Below are positions 58,171 through 64,000 of a DNA stretch of 64,000 bases, in pieces. The notes below the pieces were generated by a model. It saw only the letters and a program-made list of their open reading frames with translations, ran no database searches and was not told the DNA's origin. Numbering within the stretch: the stretch's first letter is position 1; the number at the start of each line of letters is the position of its first letter. Made by a program: the position numbers and the translations under genes. Where the stretch lies: NCBI GenBank assembly GCA_965248365.1, contig CBDFJA010000004.1, positions 342,187 through 406,186 of the forward strand, read 5' to 3'. Source of the stretch: Bryobacterales bacterium (GTDB lineage: Bacteria; Acidobacteriota; Terriglobia; Bryobacterales; UBA6623).

Positions 58171-58934
58171 TGGCCAAGCCGAAAGTGCTGCTGGAAGCGC
58201 AGCTGAAGGCGCTGCGGCTGCCGACCTTCCTGCGCGAGTACGACAAAGTGGCGCGGCAATGCGCGGCCGAAGGTCTGGACTGTCCGCGCTATCTGCTGCG
58301 ACTCAGTGAGCTGGAGCTGCTCGATCGCGAACAGCGCGCCACCGAGCGCCGCATCAAGACCGCCAAGTTCCCGGTGCTCAAGAGCCTGGAGACCTTCGAG
58401 TTCCGCTCGATTCCGTCGCTGAACAAGAGCTTGGTCCTGGAGCTGGCGCGCTCGGAGTATCTGGATCGCAGAGAGAACGTGCTGGCGCTGGGCAACTCCG
58501 GTACGGGCAAGACGCACCTTGCCCTGGCGTTGGGGCTGGCCGCTTGTTAGAAAGGCTATCGGGTCCGCTTTGCCACCGCCGCGGCGCTGGTCCACGAGTT
58601 GCTCGAGGCGCGTGACGACAAACGTCTCCTGCGCTTGCAAAAACAGCTGGCCAAGCAAGACCTGCTGATCGTCGACGAGCTGGGCTACGTCCCCTTGTCG
58701 AAGACGGGCTCGGAGTTACTGTTCGAGATCTTCAGCCAGCGCTACGAGCGGGCCTCGACGCTGGTCACCTCGAACCTACCCTTCAACGAGTGGACGGAGA
58801 TCTTCGGCTCCGAGCGGCTGACCGGCGCTTTGCTGGATCGTCTCACCCACCACGTCCATATCTTGGAGATGAACGGCGAGAGCTACCGTCTCCAGCAGAG
58901 TAAGCGTTCCCGGAAGCGTTCTTCCTCCCCCTGA
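58167..58934 (+). pseudogene. istB: IS21 helper ATPase IstB with premature amber stop
   Basis: Walker A 'GNSGTGKTH', TAG at 58548-50, frame continues 'KGYRVRF...LIVDELGY...TSNLPF...DRLTHH'. Confidence 0.92.
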
Positions 58935-59200
58935 TCCCCCCGCCCAGCCGCCGGCTGTTTCGAGGGGCTTCCACTACGTCCGGGGCCGCCTTAACAGGCG
59001 TCCCCCGACTTCGCTCCAGCCCCCAAAACAGCCGCTTTCAGAAACGAGTCCTATCCCCGAGATGGTCTACTTTTACTCCGCCCCAGTGGCCTAATTTTGC
59101 TCCGCCCTTGACAGAAACCGAGACGCTGATCCACCGTTCCACACCTCAAGCCTGATACTTATCGAGCTTTCTTTGGGAGGAGCAACCTGGGCGCAACCCT

Positions 59201-59383
59201 CTACTCCAGAACCTCAATCGTTACCCGAATCCGCTCCGGATAGGGCTTCGGCAACTCGTACTTGTCGAAGTACACGGTACCCACCACCGGACGGCGGTCT
59301 TCTGATTCCTCGCTGTACCGCACGGTGTTCTTCGTCTCCTTCTCCTGTTTGAACGTTGCCGAAAACGGCTCTTTCTTCGTCAT
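59201..59383 (-). CDS. 60-aa hypothetical protein (beta-rich)
   Basis: RBS GAGGAGG; 'FKQEKETKNTVRY...VGTVYFDK...IRVTIEV'. Confidence 0.65.
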   Translation of the reverse strand: MTKKEPFSATFKQEKETKNTVRYSEESEDRRPVVGTVYFDKYELPKPYPERIRVTIEVLE

Positions 59384-59409
59384 TCAGACCTCCTCACCAA
59401 ACTGTATAC

Positions 59410-59447
59410 GGGGTACCGCCCAGATTGCTGCAAAAATATCCTTTAAG
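59410..59447 (+). repeat. 38-bp Tn3-family terminal inverted repeat (tnpA end)
   Basis: GGGGTACCGCCCAGATTGCTGCAAAAATATCCTTTAAG: canonical GGGG...TAAG. Confidence 0.9.
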
Positions 59448-59826
59448 CTCCTTGGTCAGCGGATCTGGGCACGGTCCAATAGGTATTGTCCGTACAGGAT
59501 GACGTTGTCCACTCAATGGGGCTAACATGGTCGAGCAGCGCGATGTCGATTTTGCCGTCTTCCGATTTGCACCCTCGCACTACCCGTGAGATCTCCTTAG
59601 CCTGCCAGTAGATCACGCACGCCAAGATCAGCGTCAGGCAACTACACGAGTTCATCTGCTCGTGAAGTTCGCGAGCGTTGATCCGTCTTCGCCAACCGTA
59701 ATACACATCCCGGGCCAGGGCGTGCAGTTGCTCGACCTTCAGCAGGCCACGACGGGTGCGAGATCGCAACTGTGACTCGGACAGGTAGCTGAACAGAAAC
59801 TCGGTCTTAAAGACCCGGCCCAGGTC
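59443..59826 (-). pseudogene. tnpA: Tn3-family transposase C-terminal fragment
   Basis: 'DLGRVFKTEFL...LLKVEQLHALARDVYYG...MNSCSCLTLILACVIYWQ...SPIEW'; 1-bp frameshift before 'NVILYGQY'. Confidence 0.85.
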
Positions 59827-60261
59827 CTATCGCATGGGATCAACAACGGTAAGAAACGGGAACCGATGGAAATCGGTGTCGCGGGTGCAGATCCGGTTGA
59901 TGCCGTGCTCGCGCATCAACACTGCGGTGTGAAGGTCGTGGAACAGGTTGCCGCGAACATCCGACAACTCCGTCAGGGTCCGCGCCAGCACTGCCGCATG
60001 ACGTTGCGTCGGCACCAGCAGATCGAACCCAGGCGAGTCCAGCAGCGCTTCGAGAAAACCCCAAGCTTCCCACGGCGTCCAAGGGGACACAGACGCTCGC
60101 GCGTGTGTGGTTACCCGCAGGAACTCGTAGCAAATGTTCCAGGTGAGAAAGGCCGGTGACGGATCATCGCGAGCCTGTAAGACGCTGTTGCGGCAAGGAT
60201 CATGAAATGGGGAGTCCTGGTCAACCGCGTAGACGAGCACGTTTGTATCGAAGACCAGCAC
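59827..60261 (-). CDS. vapC: VapC-family PIN-domain toxin
   Basis: 'LVFDTNVLVYA', 'CYEFLRVTTH', 'GNLFHDLHTAVLMREHG', 'TRDTDFHRF'. Confidence 0.92.
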   Translation of the reverse strand: MLVFDTNVLVYAVDQDSPFHDPCRNSVLQARDDPSPAFLTWNICYEFLRVTTHARASVSPWTPWEAWGFLEALLDSPGFDLLVPTQRHAAVLARTLTELSDVRGNLFHDLHTAVLMREHGINRICTRDTDFHRFPFLTVVDPMR

Positions 60262-60501
60262 TCATTCCTCTTCCATTACCCGGTAGAGCTCTTCGCGGTT
60301 GGCGATGTCGACCCGGAACCCTCCGCTTCTCCAGGTCGGCAGCGGCGGCAGGGTATCGGGCTGTGCATTGGCGGGTGTGGGCCTTGCGAGGACGCGCCTG
60401 AGGCCCGCTTCCACGAGGGCGGACATCGTGGTTCCTCGCCGTGCAGCTTCTTCCCGTAGCTGTTGCATCACGGTCTCATCGATATTAAGGGTCGTTTTCA
60501 T
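60262..60501 (-). CDS. vapB: VapB-type ribbon-helix-helix antitoxin
   Basis: 'MKTTLNIDETVMQQLREEAARRGTTMSALVEAGLR'; abuts vapC. Confidence 0.85.
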   Translation of the reverse strand: MKTTLNIDETVMQQLREEAARRGTTMSALVEAGLRRVLARPTPANAQPDTLPPLPTWRSGGFRVDIANREELYRVMEEE

Positions 60502-60699
60502 AAGGGAAAGCCTATCCATGATATTCCTATATGTCAACCGAACGCCCTATCTGGTATCTGGGGACGATTATGCGGTTGATGTCCACAGCAGGAGTCGCGG
60601 CGACGTCAAAGTCTGGCAGCGCGGGACGACGATTATCGCGACCATCCCTAAATGGCTGTCCTTGGCCGTGCGGGGAAATCCAGCGTTTTGATGCTTGAG

Positions 60700-60870
60700 G
60701 TAAGCCTTGTCGCACGGATCTAGAGAGGCCATGATCTGTCGTGCGCGGCGCTGGCGCACACGGAAGAGCTTCTCGACCGCCGCGCGGTCGAGGTGAGTGG
60801 ATGTCATGGAACGCAGGGCGGTAAAGATTTCGTCAAGTCGATGAAAGCAGGCGGGTTGGTCGCAGTGCAT
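60700..60870 (-). pseudogene. Fragment of a small HTH-like hypothetical protein
   Basis: 'QPACFHRLDEIFTAL...LDRAAVEKLFRVRQRRARQIM' looks protein-like, then degenerates. Confidence 0.35.
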
Positions 60871-61021
60871 CCTACGCCGACAAGTCGGCTTGGGTGGACT
60901 TGCTAACCGCTCTCGGTTCTTTGGGTACGAGATTGGGGTAGCGCCCAGAATCGTGTGAATTTATACGCTAAGCAGATGATCAGTCCCCTTTTTTGCCCGC
61001 GCCCACTTCTGCCACGGGCTG

Positions 61022-61193
61022 CTAGTCTCCTGTCCCCGTGGTTCGTGACATAAGTTAGCGGGTGTGGGCGGCCAGCGTGCGCTGGGCGTAGCGGCCTATG
61101 CTGGCCAGAATTTCGTCTGCCGTCTTGGTTCAAATGAACGGCGTGGGATCCTCATTGTGGATCTCAATGTATTCGCGGGTGGCCCCTTCCAGT
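61022..61193 (-). mobile_element. 3' end of a second IS630-type element, with terminal CTAG
   Basis: Translates 'LEGATREYIEIHNEDPTPFI*TKTADEILASI'; ends ...GGACAGGAGACTAG. Confidence 0.75.
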
Positions 61194-61313
61194 GGCATTG
61201 TCAAGTTAACTGGTTTCCGAGGGACCAAGCCCCCATATCGAGTATTTAGGTGTAGGTTTACTAGCCATATCTTGGGGCTGTCTCGGCTTGTGATGCGTTA
61301 ACTTGACAATGCC
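61194..61313. mobile_element. 120-bp MITE-like element with perfect 17-bp terminal inverted repeats
   Basis: GGCATTGTCAAGTTAAC (61194-61210) and GTTAACTTGACAATGCC (61297-61313); no coding capacity; both neighbouring genes are cut at its ends. Confidence 0.7.
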
Positions 61314-61713
61314 CAAACGCGTCAACGGGCCATTCACCCTCTACATGACGGTGACGGGTGGCAACAAGCTCCCCTTCGGCAACCTGCCGCGTTTGATCCT
61401 GGCCTGGCTCTGCACCGAAGCGGTACGAACCCAAAACCGCGAGCTGGTCCTGGGGAAATCGCTGGCGGACTTGATGCGAGCGCTCGGTGTTTACAGCACC
61501 AGCGGCGGAAAGTACACCCGCCTCCGCAACCAAATGAAGCGGCTGTTTGGTTGCAGCATCTCGCTGGTCTATGGGGATGCGCGGCGCGAAACGACCGCCA
61601 CCGCTCTGATTGCCGACTTTACTGATTTTTGGTGGAACGAGCGTAAGCCTGACGAGCCGATGCTGTGGGACAGCAAGATTTATTTAGGTGAGGCGTTCTT
61701 CAACGAGATCATC
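61314..61713 (+). pseudogene. repA: Plasmid replication protein RepA (IncW-like RepA_C), internal fragment
   Basis: '[11 protein letters not shown]...[21 protein letters not shown]...LVLGKSL...[12 protein letters not shown]...FWWN...[10 protein letters not shown]'. Confidence 0.75.
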
Positions 61714-62004
61714 GCTGGCCTGGAAAAGGACGCCCCTCGTCCCGGCCGCAAACCGCGGATCACCGCGAAACTCGTGAGGGAACTCATCGCCAAGACCACG
61801 CAGCAAACTCCGCCCAACGCTACTCACTGGAGCACCCGCTCGATGGCCGCCGCCATGGGAATCAGTGCAGCCAGCGTGCGGCGTATCTGGCGCGCACACG
61901 GCTTGAAGCCGCACCGCACCGCCACCTTCAAGCTCAGCAACGATCCCCGCTTTGCCGAGAAACTCGAGGACGTTGTCGGGCTGTATCTGAATCCACCCGA
62001 ACAC
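61714..62004 (+). pseudogene. IS630-type transposase N-terminal/middle fragment
   Basis: 'DAPRPGRKP...THWSTRSMA...[14 protein letters not shown]...[26 protein letters not shown]'. Confidence 0.85.
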
Positions 62005-62175
62005 GGCCAGGGCCAGATTCCGGGTGGGGTCCGATCCGGGCAACTCCTCGATAAAACGCCCGCCCAGCCCCGGCGTGACCTGGCGCAGCTCGATCCCTTG
62101 CTCCTCGCACCAAGCCAAAAACGCCCCACGGGACGGGCATAGGCGCGGCGGGTGTGGGGGTTGGAGATCTTGGCC
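62005..62175 (-). pseudogene. Tyrosine recombinase N-terminal (SAM-like) fragment, frameshifted
   Basis: '[12 protein letters not shown]' + '[18 protein letters not shown]...[10 protein letters not shown]'. Confidence 0.7.
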
Positions 62176-62189
62176 GACGGTGTCATTGA

Positions 62190-62640
62190 GAATCTGGTGC
62201 CCGACCAACCCACCGACCGCATCATTGGCGGACACATTGATGGCGGACTGTACCACACCGTGCCCCAGGTTCGGCCCACGAGGCCGCCTACTTCATCCTG
62301 TCCAGAAACCTGGCCCGTGGCATGGTTGTCAACGACCGACCCATAGACACCGTCCCCCAGCAGGCTGCCCACCGCGTCGCGGCCGGTCACGTCAACGCCG
62401 GCCAGGATGACGCCACGAATTCTGCTCCTATCGACAGCCCCGAACAGACCGACCTCGTCCTCGGTATCCCGGTCGATGAACAGGTTGGACACGGTCCGGC
62501 GATTACCGTTGAAATCCGCAGTGAAGGGTGCGTCTTCCTCACCGATCGGATCTCAGCCGGCGCCGCTGTTCCAGTAGTCGTCGTCTGAGTCGACGTCTCC
62601 ATCGTCGTCCGTGTCGAAGTTCAGGTTCCCTTTCGGCCCG
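62190..62640 (-). pseudogene. GLUG-motif surface protein fragment with internal TGA
   Basis: 'LNFDTDDDGDVDSDDDYWNSGAG*DPIG...FNGN...VGLFG...VTGRDAVGSLLG...VSGQDEVGGLVG'. Confidence 0.7.
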
Positions 62641-62823
62641 TCCACACGGCTCGACCCCCCCTTCCCCTCGTGAACAGCGCGTGTCTCCAGATCGGCCCGC
62701 AGCGGTCCAGGGCGCGAAGCGGCGAAGCGAACCCTTGACAGCGAGGACCGATCTGGAATCATCCAGGGCGAGGGGAAAGGGGGTCGGCTGTAGAAGGGGT
62801 TGGACAAACGGGCTTTGAAGGAG

Positions 62824-63309
62824 CTAGTGAATCGGGCGGCGAGACATTTTCGCAACATCTTCGCCGCCGCGATCCTGGCGCTCCGCCCGTAGACGGGCAA
62901 CTTCGGTGCGAAGCTCGGCTACTTCACCCGCTAGACCGGATCGAGGGGCAGCGTGAACCGCCGGGGCTACAAGAGCCTTCGTTGGCTTCGCGGCTCGTGG
63001 GGCGCTCCGCAACCAGCGGCGAAAGCCCCAAAAGCCAAACACAAAGACAAACATGCTTACGAAGGCAGCCTGGATGGAATCTCCGCCGGTGCGGACCCAG
63101 AGGATGAGGACGGCGCTAGATACGCACGGCACAAGAACGAATCCCACGCTGGCGATAACAAGCGCGTGTAGTAAGCCGCGCTCCGGGTGGCGCATACGGT
63201 TGACGATCCAGAGCGCGATGAGAGCCGGGATAGCGAACATGCCAGCGACGATAACGGCGTCGTGCGGGGCGTCCCTGATGCTGTCGATGAGTCGTTGGGT
63301 TTGGTTCAT
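62824..63309 (-). CDS. Hypothetical membrane protein (3 TM + short coiled coil)
   Basis: RBS GAAGGAG; hydrophobic helices; 'EVAELRTEVARLR'. Confidence 0.5.
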   Translation of the reverse strand: MNQTQRLIDSIRDAPHDAVIVAGMFAIPALIALWIVNRMRHPERGLLHALVIASVGFVLVPCVSSAVLILWVRTGGDSIQAAFVSMFVFVFGFWGFRRWLRSAPRAAKPTKALVAPAVHAAPRSGLAGEVAELRTEVARLRAERQDRGGEDVAKMSRRPIH

Positions 63310-63608
63310 GGTGTCTCCTTCGATGGTTTGCTGTGTTTTCCCTTCACCAGGGGAAGAGGGAGAACCACAAACCAGGGAAGGAGACTAGAGCGAGCGCGGG
63401 GCGACGGGCAAGGACCAGATAAGACAACGCGAGTGACAGACGCTGAAAGCGAGCGAAGCGTTCTGGCGCGAGAGTTGCCCTGGGACGCCGCCAACGGCGG
63501 GCCGCTGTGAGCGGAAAGGCACCACAAGCAAACACTCAATCGAAGCGGGAAGAAAAGAACAAGCGCGGCGAAGCGAACGGCTCCGCCGCGCCCTGGCGCG
63601 GTTGCCCG

Positions 63609-63869
63609 CTAGGACTCGTCCACCTGAACCTCCGGGAGTTCTGCTTCTGCCGGAAGCTGGAAGAGGCGCGTGTGGGCGAAGTCGGCTACTTTCGCAAGCA
63701 CCAACAAATCGTTGCGCCCGAAGCTGTGCGTGCTCTTCCATTGATCGCCGTCTTTGTAGAGGCGGGCAAAGGTGACATTGTGCCTCGGCTGTTCGTCGGT
63801 TCCATTGCGCCAAATCGTAGCCTTGACGCGACCGATCCGGATTTCATCAACGGGTTTCTGGTTTGCCAT
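63609..63869 (-). CDS. Small conserved plasmid/ICE-type protein, possibly an ssDNA-binding protein (PC4/Whirly-like)
   Basis: Strong RBS TAGGAGG; 'KPVDEIRIGRVKATIWRN...NVTFARLYKDGDQWKSTHSFGRNDL...VADFAH' with acidic tail. Confidence 0.75.
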   Translation of the reverse strand: MANQKPVDEIRIGRVKATIWRNGTDEQPRHNVTFARLYKDGDQWKSTHSFGRNDLLVLAKVADFAHTRLFQLPAEAELPEVQVDES

Positions 63870-63893
63870 TATGTTTTTCCTCCTAAAGAGTTA

Positions 63894-63948
63894 AGGGTTT
63901 GTGAGCGTTTTTCGCTCACCCGCGAATGGCGGAAAACGCCCAAACCCT
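63894..63948. promoter_or_regulatory. Nested hairpin leader upstream of the 63609-63869 gene
   Basis: AGGGTTTG/CAAACCCT outer arms, GCGTTTT/AAAACGC inner arms, alternative GTGAGCG-N5-CGCTCAC hairpin. Confidence 0.5.
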
Positions 63949-64000
63949 GACGCGGTAGGAAAGCGCCGCCCGCGCCGGTGACGGGCAGGGCCGACAAAAG

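Larger units (their letters stand above)
56545..59113 (+). mobile_element. IS21-family insertion sequence
   Basis: TGTAAGCGCCGGAGCGAAAATAGACCAC / reverse complement TGTCAAGGGCGGAGCAAAATTAGGCCAC ends, repeated subterminal motifs, istA-istB; no clear target duplication. Confidence 0.93.

Noticed and set aside
61055-62560. TGA at expected Trp positions (IS630 tail, GLUG fragment) and TAG in istB as signs of codon reassignment or pyrrolysine
   Set aside because: They occur only in fragmented relics; intact genes use TGG for Trp and end normally at TGA/TAG; no pyl genes in the window
1-64000. CRISPR array, rRNA or tRNA genes
   Set aside because: No regularly spaced short direct repeats with unique spacers, no cas genes, no rRNA-like tracts or cloverleaf; all long repeats are IS copies

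Overview
High-GC bacterial chromosome segment whose gene content (AMIN/PilM module, Oar-type TonB-dependent receptors, DUF1501/PSD1 pair, CRTAC1, DUF5989) resembles Acidobacteria of the Bryobacterales type; this taxonomy is inferred, not verified. Bases 1-9 kb look like core genome: accB, a canonical Xaa-Pro peptidase, a two-gene PilM plus PilN/AMIN module, a lipoprotein and a sigma-54 two-component system. From 9.5-13.6 kb a GntR-linked, tightly coupled operon encodes a B12-radical SAM enzyme, a membrane protein, an atypical M24 hydrolase, a CREST/ceramidase-like hydrolase and an M14 deacylase. From 14 kb onward the window is heavily disrupted by four IS4 copies, two IS630 copies plus fragments of a second IS630 type, IS481, IS21, Tn3 remnants, a group II intron fragment, a 120-bp MITE-like element and a decayed plasmid/ICE (repA, integrase, vapBC). 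Two accessory clusters survive among them: sugar ABC + Tat-signal HDAC-family deacetylase + ribokinase lacking its catalytic Asp (18.9-24.1 kb), and TBDR-TPR-cytochrome c/PSD1-DUF1501-2xSDR-cupin-VOC with a divergent Cu-monooxygenase-like gene (31.9-45 kb). No CRISPR array, rRNA or tRNA was found. Family assignments come from recognising motifs by eye, not from database searches.
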